A DNA stretch of 64,000 nt from an uncultured Acidobacteriota bacterium. GTDB lineage: Bacteria; Acidobacteriota; Vicinamibacteria; Vicinamibacterales; UBA2999. A model generated the notes under the pieces. It did no database searches, was not told the origin of the DNA, and saw nothing but the letters and a program-made list of their open reading frames with translations. The stretch is taken from the NCBI GenBank assembly GCA_963735875.1, contig CAVTMO010000017.1, positions 548,040-612,039 on the forward strand, given 5' to 3'. Below, in pieces: positions 46,378 to 54,590 of the stretch (position 1 is the stretch's first letter; every line of letters begins with the position of its first letter). The position numbers and the translations under genes are program-made.

Positions 46378-48042
46378 GTGCACGGCCCCCTCCGTTCGAC
46401 GCCCCGGCGAATCGGCGCGGCTGCCATGGCCGGCGCGCTGGCTGCGGGGCTCGCCTGGCCGCCGGCGGCCGCCCAACCGGCCCGGCCGTCGCCCACACTC
46501 CTCGTGCTGGTCGTCGTCGACCAGATGCGAGCCGACTACCTGACGCGCTTCGATGCCCGCTTCACCGGGGGCTTCCGTCGCCTGATCGACGAGGCGCGGA
46601 TCTTCGAGCAGACGTTCTATCCCTATCTCAACACGGTCACCTGCGCCGGGCACGCCACGCTCGGCACCGGCGCCTGGCCGAAGACGCACGGCGTCATTCT
46701 GAACGAGTGGTACCGGCGGGAACTGAGCCGCGTCCGCTCCTGCACGGCCGACGCCGACACCACCCCGGTCCAGTACGTGGGCGTGGCCGAAAAGGAAGGG
46801 CACAGCGCCAAGGAGCTGCGGGTGCCGACGTTGGCTGAACGGCTCCGCGCCCGATGGCCTCAGTCGCGGGCGGTCACGCTGGCGGTCAAGCCGCGCTCGG
46901 CGGTGATGATGGCGGGCAAGGGCGCGACGGCGGTGACGTGGGTGGGCGCCGACGGCTGGCAGACCTCGACGGCTTATGCCGATCGGCTGGTGCCCGAAGT
47001 GGTGCATGCGCTCGGCCCCGAGCCGTTCCTGCGGGAGCGGGCGCTGGTATGGGAACGGTTGCACGCTCCCGGCTCGTACGAAGGCGCCGACGACGGCGTT
47101 GGTGAACGTCCCCCCACCGGCTGGACCAGCCTGTTCCCGCACCCGCTGCTCAGTCCCGACCATCCGAAGGAACTGATCGAGCTCTGGCAGACGAGCCCTT
47201 ATGCCGACGAGCAGGTGGCGATCATGGCTGCCTCCCTGATCGAGAGCTACCAGCTGGGGCGGCGCGGTGTGGTCGATTTCCTGGGGGTCAGCTTCCCCGC
47301 GACCGACAAAGTCGGACACGACTTCGGCCCCGACAGCCACGAGCTCCAGGACACGCTCTTGCGGCTCGACCGCACGCTCGACACGTTCCTGAAGGCGCTG
47401 GACACCCTGGTGGGGCGTGATCGGTACGCGTTGGCACTGTCGGCCGACCACGGCGTGGCGCTGGTGCCGGAGGCGCAGCGCGCCCGGGGCGAGGACGCCG
47501 GACGGCTGCCGACGGCGATGGTGGCAACCGCCGTGAACGAGGCGCTCACCACCGCCGGTCTCGGCCCGGGTCCGCACGTGGCGCGAGTGGAGTACACGGA
47601 GATCTATTTGACGGAGGCGGCGCGGGCGCGGGTCACGGCGGAGACCATTGCCCCGGCGCTTGCGGCGGTGCGGGCCCTGCGAGGCATCCGCGACGTCGTG
47701 TGGACGCCGGCACTTGCCTCTCTTGACGCGAACGATCCCGACGTCCGGGCGATCCGCGCCGGCTTCGTCCCGGAGCGCAGCGGCGATCTCACGATGGTGC
47801 CCGCCCGGCAATGGATCGTCGTGCCCGGCCGGAATCCCGCCGGCGGCAGCGCCACGACCCACGGCACATCGAACAGCTACGACCAGCACGTGCCGCTGCT
47901 GTTCTACGGCGGCCCCTTCTTGCCGGGCCGTACGAGCGAGGCCGCCACCCCGGCCGACGCCGCCCCGACGCTGGCCGCCACGGTCGGCCTTGCCTTCGAC
48001 GGTGTCGAAGGACGCGCGCTGCGGGGCGCCGTGCGGAAGTAG
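46378..48042 (+). CDS. alkaline phosphatase superfamily protein (type I phosphodiesterase / nucleotide pyrophosphatase family), secreted
   Basis: Signal peptide ...AGLAWPPAAAQ. LVLVVVDQMRADYL, TCAGHATLGTG, DKVGHDFGP, SADHG, HGTSNSYDQHVPLLF metal-site motifs. Confidence 0.8.
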   Translation: MHGPLRSTPRRIGAAAMAGALAAGLAWPPAAAQPARPSPTLLVLVVVDQMRADYLTRFDARFTGGFRRLIDEARIFEQTFYPYLNTVTCAGHATLGTGAWPKTHGVILNEWYRRELSRVRSCTADADTTPVQYVGVAEKEGHSAKELRVPTLAERLRARWPQSRAVTLAVKPRSAVMMAGKGATAVTWVGADGWQTSTAYADRLVPEVVHALGPEPFLRERALVWERLHAPGSYEGADDGVGERPPTGWTSLFPHPLLSPDHPKELIELWQTSPYADEQVAIMAASLIESYQLGRRGVVDFLGVSFPATDKVGHDFGPDSHELQDTLLRLDRTLDTFLKALDTLVGRDRYALALSADHGVALVPEAQRARGEDAGRLPTAMVATAVNEALTTAGLGPGPHVARVEYTEIYLTEAARARVTAETIAPALAAVRALRGIRDVVWTPALASLDANDPDVRAIRAGFVPERSGDLTMVPARQWIVVPGRNPAGGSATTHGTSNSYDQHVPLLFYGGPFLPGRTSEAATPADAAPTLAATVGLAFDGVEGRALRGAVRK

Positions 48043-48084
48043 CGGGTAGAATCGAGAGGCCTGCCGCCCCCGAGGATCCGAGCC

Positions 48085-49659
48085 ATGTCCACGTCCACAC
48101 GGCGCCAGCTGCGGCGCACCGGTCTCGCCGCGGCACTGGCCGCCGCAGCGTGGGTTGCCGTCCCGGCCGGCCGGCAGGGGCCGATCGACCAGGCTCGGCG
48201 ACAGCTGGTCAACGACATCACGCTGGCGGGCATCGACCGCGGGCTGGCCGCGAACGAGGCGCCCACGGAACCGGCCGATCGCGTTCGCCGCGGCGCCGTC
48301 GCCGCCAGCGGCGCGCCACCGGTTCGCGAGGCCTTCGCGCGCGGCGCGGTCATCGTCAAGTTCCGCGACGGCTCGACCCCGCCGCTGGCCACGCTGCAGG
48401 CGGTTCGCGGCCGGGCCATCGCGCGGCCGGCGTGGACCGATTTCGACGTGATGACCATCCCGATGGACGCCGATCCGGAGGCCGTGGCCGCCGAGCTCGC
48501 CGCCCGGCCCGACGTCGAGTACGCCCAGCCGCGCTATCTCAATCACCTGATGTTGCGACCGAACGACCAGTTCTACCCGCAGCAATGGAACTTCCCGGCC
48601 ATCGACATGGAGCGGGCCTGGGACATCCAACCGGGCGCGTCGACGAGCGTCACCGTGGCGGTGATCGACAGCGGCGTCGCCTTCGAACACGCGGTTTTCC
48701 AGTATCAGGCCCGGGCGTTCCGGTTGGAGGTCGGCGGTCCCGCCTACCCGTCATTGGGTGTCGTCAGCGTGCCGTTCTCGCCCGCGCCGGACCTGGGCGA
48801 TCCCACCCGGTTCGTGTCGCCGCGCGACTTCATCTGGCACGACAACGACCCGGTTGACCTCGACGGCCATGGGACGCACGTTGCCGGCACCATCGGCCAG
48901 GCCACCAACAACGGCGTCGGTGTCGCCGGCATGGCGTTCAACGTCCGCATCATGCCGATCAAGGTCATTGCCGGGGAGTGGGACTTCATCTTCGGCAACG
49001 ACAACGGCGGCACCGACGACGTGCTCGCCCAGGCCATTCGCTATGCCGCCGACAACGGCGCGCACGTGATCAACATGAGCATCGGCCGCGAAGCGGGCGG
49101 GCCGGCGCCGGTCGTCGAAGCCGCCGTGCAGTACGCGGTGTCGCGAGGCGCGTTCGTGGTCATCTCCGCCGGCAACGAGGGAAACGAACAGAATCGCCCC
49201 AGCCGCACCGCCGAATTCGCCGGGCGGATTGACGGCGCCGTCGCCGTCGCGGCGGTGGGTCGCAATCTGAATCGCGCCTACTACTCGACGACCGGCGGCT
49301 ATGTGGAACTGGCCGCCCCGGGCGGGGATCAGCGGCTCAACGGCACCGAGGGCGGCGTGCTGCAACAGACCCTGGACCCCGCCCTGGCCGAGACCTACAC
49401 CCTGGCCCCGGCGCTGTTCCGGGCGCCGCGATTCGACGCCTTCCAGTATCGCTTCTTCCAAGGCACCTCGATGGCCACGCCGCACGTGTCGGGGTTCGCG
49501 GCGCTGCTGCACCAGCAGGGCCTCACCTCGCCGGCGGCGATCGAAGCGGCCATGAAACGCTTCGCCACCGACCGTGGGGCGGCCGGACGTGACGACGAGT
49601 ATGGCGAGGGCCTCATCAACCCCCGGGCGACGTTGCGGGGCCTGGGGTTGGCGCGATGA
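48085..49659 (+). CDS. S8 family (subtilisin-like) serine peptidase, secreted
   Basis: Catalytic triad contexts VAVIDSGV, DGHGTHVAGTIG, GTSMATPHVSG. N-terminal signal-like region. Confidence 0.9.
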   Translation: MSTSTRRQLRRTGLAAALAAAAWVAVPAGRQGPIDQARRQLVNDITLAGIDRGLAANEAPTEPADRVRRGAVAASGAPPVREAFARGAVIVKFRDGSTPPLATLQAVRGRAIARPAWTDFDVMTIPMDADPEAVAAELAARPDVEYAQPRYLNHLMLRPNDQFYPQQWNFPAIDMERAWDIQPGASTSVTVAVIDSGVAFEHAVFQYQARAFRLEVGGPAYPSLGVVSVPFSPAPDLGDPTRFVSPRDFIWHDNDPVDLDGHGTHVAGTIGQATNNGVGVAGMAFNVRIMPIKVIAGEWDFIFGNDNGGTDDVLAQAIRYAADNGAHVINMSIGREAGGPAPVVEAAVQYAVSRGAFVVISAGNEGNEQNRPSRTAEFAGRIDGAVAVAAVGRNLNRAYYSTTGGYVELAAPGGDQRLNGTEGGVLQQTLDPALAETYTLAPALFRAPRFDAFQYRFFQGTSMATPHVSGFAALLHQQGLTSPAAIEAAMKRFATDRGAAGRDDEYGEGLINPRATLRGLGLAR

Positions 49660-50327
49660 TCCTCCGCCGACTGGTGGTCGCCGCCACGCTGGCAGCGGCA
49701 CTCGGCGCCGTGCCGGCGACCGGCATCGCCCAGACCGCGCCGCCGCCAACGACGCGCGAGTCGTTGAGCGTGCAGGGCTTCGCCATGGCCGGCATCACGC
49801 TCTTCGCCGCGTCTCAGACGTTCGACGCCATCCTCGAGACGGACAGCGGCGCCATCTTCGGCGGCGGCCTGCGCCTGGTCATCCCCGGCGGGCCGTATCT
49901 CGAGGTGGGCGCGTGGCGCTTCGAGCAGGACGGCGAGCGCGTCTTCGTCGGCGCGAACAACCAAGTCTTCCCGCTCGGCATCCCGCTCACGGTGCAGATG
50001 ACACCGCTCGAGATCACGGCCGGCTGGCGCTTCCCGGGAGTGTTGGGGCCGCGCCTCACCCCCTATGTCGGCGGCGGCTACACCTCGATGCGCTACGAGG
50101 AAACGTCCGAGTTCGCCGACGAGAGCGAAAACGTCTCCGAGCGCTACAACGGCTTCCATCTGGCCGGCGGCGCCGAAGTGCGGCTGGCGCGCTGGGTGGC
50201 ACTGACCGGCGACGTGGTGTGGACACGCATCGGCGGTGCGATCGGCGAGGGCGGCGTGTCGGAGGTCTTCGACGAGGACGACCTTGGCGGGACGAGCTTC
50301 CGGATCAGGCTCATCCTCGGCCGCTGA
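49656..50327 (+). CDS. outer-membrane beta-barrel protein (OmpW/porin-like fold)
   Basis: Signal peptide MILRRLVVAATLAAALGAVPATGIAQ. Alternating beta-strand pattern with terminal FRIRLILGR. ATGA overlap with the S8 gene. Confidence 0.6.
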   Translation: MILRRLVVAATLAAALGAVPATGIAQTAPPPTTRESLSVQGFAMAGITLFAASQTFDAILETDSGAIFGGGLRLVIPGGPYLEVGAWRFEQDGERVFVGANNQVFPLGIPLTVQMTPLEITAGWRFPGVLGPRLTPYVGGGYTSMRYEETSEFADESENVSERYNGFHLAGGAEVRLARWVALTGDVVWTRIGGAIGEGGVSEVFDEDDLGGTSFRIRLILGR

Positions 50328-50655
50328 CCGGTTCGCGCGGCGGGTGCTGGCCGTGGTCGCGCGCATTCCGCCCGGCCGGGTCTGCACCTACGGCGAGGTG
50401 GCGGCGCTGGCCGGGGCGCCTGGCGCCGCCCGCGCCGTCGGCAACGTCATGGCCAACGCCAGGATGCCCGGGGTGCCGTATCACCGGGTGATCGCAGCCG
50501 GCGGGCGCCTCGGCGGCTACAGCGACCTGCAGACCAAGCGGGCCCTGCTGGCGGCCGAGGGGCTGGAGGTGACGCGGGCGGCGGTCCGCCATTTCGATCA
50601 GGTGCGCTGGCCCGGCAAGCGGCGGCGCGGGCGCCGGTCCCCGGCCCCGCCGTAG
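50284..50655 (+). CDS. MGMT-family DNA-binding protein, alkyltransferase-like (ATL): catalytic Cys replaced by Tyr
   Basis: FARRVLAVVARIPPGRVCTYGEVAALAGAPGAARAVGNVM...VPYHRVI..GG.LGGY, where O6-alkylguanine transferases have PCHRV. Start uncertain: TTG 50284 or ATG 50236, both overlapping the upstream gene. Confidence 0.65.
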   Translation: MAGRASGSGSSSAADRFARRVLAVVARIPPGRVCTYGEVAALAGAPGAARAVGNVMANARMPGVPYHRVIAAGGRLGGYSDLQTKRALLAAEGLEVTRAAVRHFDQVRWPGKRRRGRRSPAPP

Positions 50656-50719
50656 CGTCAAGGCCGCGAAGGCGGGCATCAACCCCCCGGGATCGCACCC
50701 CGTCTAAGCTTTCAGAGTC

Positions 50720-51280
50720 GTGGACGACGCCGATGCCACGCTGGTGGCGCGCTGCCGGGCCGGCGACGGCACGGCATTCGAACAAATCTACGCCCGGCAC
50801 GCCGGGCGAGTGTATTCGCTCGCGTATCGGATGGTCGGGTCGGGCGAGGCCGAGGACCTGGTGCAGGACATCTTCTTGCTGGCGCATCGCAAGCTCGCGG
50901 GGTTCCGGGGCGACTCGTCGCTCGGGACCTGGCTGTACCGGCTGGCCATGAACCACTGCCTCGACGTGCTGCGCAGCCGCCAGGCGCGGATGAACGAGCG
51001 GACGTCGTCGCTCGATGCGCCCGAGGCGGCCGAGCCCGCCGCGCCGTCGACGCTGGGCCGCGTGTCGCCGTTCGACCTGGAACGAGCCATCCAGGCGCTC
51101 CCACCAGCCTGCCGGGCGGCGTTCGTCCTCCACGACGTGGAAGGGTTCGCCCACCAGGAAGTCGGCGAGGCGCTGGGCATCTCCGAGGGCACGTCGAAGT
51201 CGCAGGTGCACAAGGCGCGCCTGCGCATCCGCGCGTTCCTCCATCAGCCGTTCCCGGCCGTGTCGGGGGCCACCCGATGA
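50720..51280 (+). CDS. ECF-type RNA polymerase sigma factor (sigma-70 family group 4)
   Basis: Region 2 DLVQDIFLLAHRKLAGFRGDSSLGTWLYRLAMNHCLD. Region 4 FVLHDVEGFAHQEVGEALGISEGTSKSQVHKARLRIR. Confidence 0.9.
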   Translation: MDDADATLVARCRAGDGTAFEQIYARHAGRVYSLAYRMVGSGEAEDLVQDIFLLAHRKLAGFRGDSSLGTWLYRLAMNHCLDVLRSRQARMNERTSSLDAPEAAEPAAPSTLGRVSPFDLERAIQALPPACRAAFVLHDVEGFAHQEVGEALGISEGTSKSQVHKARLRIRAFLHQPFPAVSGATR

Positions 51281-51966
51281 CGCCGCCCTCGTGCGCCGCC
51301 GTGGAGGCGTGGCTGGCGTCAGGGGAGGACCACGCCGTTGCCGCCGCGGCGCCAGCCGGCCTCGACGCCCACCTGGCGACTTGTGCTGCCTGTCGCGCGC
51401 TGGCCGCCGATCTGTCGGCCATCCGCGAGGCCGCGGTAGCGCTGCCGCAGCTTCCGGTGCCGCCCGCCGTCTGGGCGCGGCTCGCGCCAGGGGTCGCGGC
51501 CCGGCCGGCCGCCGGCCGCGGGTTCTCGGTCAGCACGGCCTGGTTGGCGGCGGCGGCGGTGCTCGTCTTCGCCATCGGCGCGGCGCTCGGCCCGCTGGCG
51601 CGGGACGCCGGGCGCGAGACCGGCGCCGGCGGCGAAGCCTCGGTCGCGCAAGTCGCGGCGGACCTCGAGGCCGCCGAGGCCCACTACCTGCGCGCCATCG
51701 ACGGGCTCGAGCGGATCGCGCGAACCGACGACCCGGCGCTCGACCCGCAGGTAGCCGAGGTACTGCGCGCCAACCTGCTCGCCCTCGACGGCGCGATTCG
51801 CGAGACGCGCACCGCCTTGCGGGCCAGGCCCGATGACGACGTGGCACGGCGCGGCCTGTTCGAGGCGCTCGACGGCAAGGTGGCGCTCCTCGAACAGACG
51901 GTCTCGCTCATCGACGCCGAACGGGTGCTGGACGACCCGGCGGCCCTCTCGAGCAGCCCCAGGTGA
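51277..51966 (+). CDS. anti-sigma factor (zf-HC2 type) with one TM segment
   Basis: H-x3-C-x2-C (HLATCAACR). TM WLAAAAVLVFAIGAAL. 4-nt overlap with the sigma gene. Confidence 0.75.
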   Translation: MTPPSCAAVEAWLASGEDHAVAAAAPAGLDAHLATCAACRALAADLSAIREAAVALPQLPVPPAVWARLAPGVAARPAAGRGFSVSTAWLAAAAVLVFAIGAALGPLARDAGRETGAGGEASVAQVAADLEAAEAHYLRAIDGLERIARTDDPALDPQVAEVLRANLLALDGAIRETRTALRARPDDDVARRGLFEALDGKVALLEQTVSLIDAERVLDDPAALSSSPR

Positions 51967-52904
51967 TGCCGATGCTGCAGCGATTCGTGGCGCGGGCCGT
52001 CGTGGCCGTGGCCATCGCGGCGACGGTGGCGGCCGCCGCCGCGCAGCCGGCCACCGACGAGCGCCGGACGTTCACCGTCGGTCGCGGGAGCGCGCTCGAC
52101 GTGGCCAACGTGGCCGGCAACGTGCGGATCAGCGCCGGAGAGGGCGACGTCATCGTCGTGGAGACGATGCGTCGTCTGCGCGGCGACAGCCGCCGCGACG
52201 GGGCGTCGACGGTGCGGGTGGAGATGACCCAGGTCGGCAACCGCGTCGAAGTGCGGGCCCGCGGATCGATGTCGAGCCGGTCGAGCGATGTCATCGACAT
52301 CACGGTGTCGGTGCCGGCCGACGCCGCGGTGATCGCCCGGTCGGTCTCGGGCCACGTCGCGCTCACCGGCACCAGCGGCGAGTCCCGGCTCGAAACGGTG
52401 AGCGGCGACGTGGACGTCGCCAAGGCCGGCAACGTGACCCTGGCCAAGAGCGTGTCGGGCGGGGTCACCCTGCGCGACGCCGTCAGCGCCGGCACGCTCA
52501 CGCTGTCGAGCGTGAGCGGGGCGATCGTGGCCAGTGGCATCCGCGCCGGCGGCCTCGAGGCGACCAGCGTATCGGGCGGGGTCAGGCTCGGCGACGTGAC
52601 GGCCTCGCGAGTGCTCGCCAAGGCGATCAGCGGCGACATCGATTTCAGCGGCGCGCTGGCCGCCGGCGGACGCTTCGAGTTCACCGCGCACTCGGGGGAG
52701 GTACGGCTGCGGCTCCCGGCAGCGGCCAGCTTCGACCTGTCGGCCGATACCTACAGCGGCCGGCTCACGTCGGATTTCCCGGTCACCCTGCGCAGCACCA
52801 GCGGCGGGCGCTCGTCGCGGACGATCCGCGGGGTGGCCGGCAACGGCGACGCGCAGCTCGTCGTCCGGAGTTTCAGCGGGTCGGTGACCATCGGTCGCCA
52901 GTAG
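51963..52904 (+). CDS. DUF4097 family beta-helix (putative adhesin) protein
   Basis: Repeated SVSGxVxL/ SGDVDV strands (VSGHVALTG, VSGDVDVAK, SVSGGVTLRD, SVSGAIVASG, SVSGGVRLGD, ISGDIDFSG), ending SFSGSVTI. 4-nt overlap with the anti-sigma gene. Confidence 0.75.
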   Translation: MMPMLQRFVARAVVAVAIAATVAAAAAQPATDERRTFTVGRGSALDVANVAGNVRISAGEGDVIVVETMRRLRGDSRRDGASTVRVEMTQVGNRVEVRARGSMSSRSSDVIDITVSVPADAAVIARSVSGHVALTGTSGESRLETVSGDVDVAKAGNVTLAKSVSGGVTLRDAVSAGTLTLSSVSGAIVASGIRAGGLEATSVSGGVRLGDVTASRVLAKAISGDIDFSGALAAGGRFEFTAHSGEVRLRLPAAASFDLSADTYSGRLTSDFPVTLRSTSGGRSSRTIRGVAGNGDAQLVVRSFSGSVTIGRQ

Positions 52905-52952
52905 GGCGGAGCTTCAGCTCCGCCATGAGGCGGCTCTGAAGAGTCGCCCTAC
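52901..52952. repeat. REP-like double-hairpin element (GTAGGGCGG...CGCCCTAC), copy 2
   Basis: gtagggcggagcttcagctccgcc-atga-ggcggctctgaagagtcgccctac. Begins in the TAG stop of the DUF4097 gene. The left half differs by 1 nt from the reverse complement of the right half of copy 1. Confidence 0.75.
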
Positions 52953-53043
52953 GTCCCGTCTGCGCTCGTCGCGAGCCCTGAGCTCCGCGCCACAGAACCA
53001 AAACCGCTCTGGCAGCGCAGCGAAGGCGGGCGATACTCTTCCC

Positions 53044-54438
53044 ATGCGCACCGCACTCGCCGCCGCCCTGCTGTGGGGGCTCGCCGGCCAGGGACTCGCT
53101 GATGCCGCCGCCACCTGGCGCCTGGACGTCTTCCACACCGGCGGCCGGGGCACCGAAGTGTTCGCGGTGGACGAGGTCGTCGTCGAGCCGCTGCCGTGGC
53201 CCGGGCATGCCGCCGGTGCGCTCGACCCGACCGGGTTCGGCAGTTACCGCTACGAGGTGCGCGAACCCGACGGCCGGGTGGTGTTCTCACGCGGCTTCGG
53301 GCCGATCTTCGCCGAGTGGATCACGACGGCGGAAGCGGCGACGACCTATCGCACGTTCCACGAGTCGTTCCGGTTCCCGGCGCCGGCGGGCCCGGTGGAC
53401 GTCGTGGTCTTCCGGCGCGATGCCACCCAGGCCTTCGTCGAGGCGTGGCGCACGCGGGTCGATCCGGCGAGCCCGTTCGTGAACCGCGCGGCGCCGCCGC
53501 CGCAGGCGCTCATCGAGGTCGAGCGGCACGGCGATTCGGAGCGGAAGGTGGACCTGCTGCTCCTCGGCGACGGCTACACCGCCGCGCAATGCGGCGCCAA
53601 GTTCCGCGCCGATGCCACCCGCATGGCCAACGCCCTCTTCGCCCGCGAGCCCTTCCGCGAGCGCCGCCGCGACTTCAACGTGTGGGGCCTGTGCGCGCCG
53701 GCGGCCGAAGCCGGCGTGGCCCGGCCGTCAGGCGACATCCACCGCCGGACGCCGGTCGGCGCCACCTACGACATCTTCGGGTCGGAGCGCTACGTGCTCA
53801 CCTATCAGAACCGCGCCTTCCGCGACGTGGCGGCGTGGGCGCCGTACGAATTCGTCACGATCCTCGTCAACAGCGCCACCTACGGCGGCGGCGGACTCTA
53901 CAACGTCTACTCCACCGTCGCCGTCGACAGCGCGTGGGCCGACTATCTGTTCGTCCACGAGTTCGCGCACCACTTCGCCGCGCTGGCCGATGAGTACTAC
54001 ACCTCACCGGTCGCCTACACGACGCCGGCCACGATCGTCGAACCGTGGGAACCCAACGTCACAGCGCTCCTCCCGGGCACGCGGTTGAAGTGGGCCGACC
54101 TGGTGGCGCCGGGCACCCGGCTGCCGACGCCGTGGCCCAAGGACGACTTCGAGGGCTACCAGCGGCCGGCCCAGGCCCGGCGCGCCAAGCTGCGCGCCGA
54201 CCGGCGGCCGGAGGCCGAGATGGACGCGCTCTTCCGCGACGAACTCGCCTTCACGACCCGCACGTTCGAGCCGCAGTCGGGGACGGTCGGCGCCTTCCAG
54301 GGCGCCTACTACGACGCCGGTGCGTACTACCGTCCCGAGGTCGACTGCGTGATGTTCACCCGCAATCTCGCCCGGTTCTGCGCGGTCTGTCGCCGGGTCC
54401 TGTCCCAGGTCATCGCCCAGCACGTACCGCCCGCCTAG
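53044..54438 (+). CDS. M64 family (IgA peptidase-like) zinc metallopeptidase
   Basis: Signal peptide MRTALAAALLWGLAGQGLA. VDLLLLGDGYT, ATYGGGG, FVHEFAHHFAALADEY zinc motif. Confidence 0.8.
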   Translation: MRTALAAALLWGLAGQGLADAAATWRLDVFHTGGRGTEVFAVDEVVVEPLPWPGHAAGALDPTGFGSYRYEVREPDGRVVFSRGFGPIFAEWITTAEAATTYRTFHESFRFPAPAGPVDVVVFRRDATQAFVEAWRTRVDPASPFVNRAAPPPQALIEVERHGDSERKVDLLLLGDGYTAAQCGAKFRADATRMANALFAREPFRERRRDFNVWGLCAPAAEAGVARPSGDIHRRTPVGATYDIFGSERYVLTYQNRAFRDVAAWAPYEFVTILVNSATYGGGGLYNVYSTVAVDSAWADYLFVHEFAHHFAALADEYYTSPVAYTTPATIVEPWEPNVTALLPGTRLKWADLVAPGTRLPTPWPKDDFEGYQRPAQARRAKLRADRRPEAEMDALFRDELAFTTRTFEPQSGTVGAFQGAYYDAGAYYRPEVDCVMFTRNLARFCAVCRRVLSQVIAQHVPPA

Positions 54439-54552
54439 CCCGGCCGGGGATCTCTGCCCGGATCTGCCGTTCGTCCCAACCCTGGGGACCAGTGTGCAGA
54501 GGGCGGGACGAAGTGCCGATAAACTGGGTTTGACGGGTACGTGCATGTTTTT

Positions 54553-54575
54553 GGGCGCCCTTCGGGCGCCCTTTT
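54553..54575 (+). terminator. rho-independent terminator 15 nt upstream of the next start codon
   Basis: gggcgccc-ttc-gggcgccc (8-bp stem) followed by TTTT (54572-54575). ATG of the receptor gene is at 54591. Confidence 0.7.
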
Positions 54576-54590
54576 GCGGGGGATGCGACC

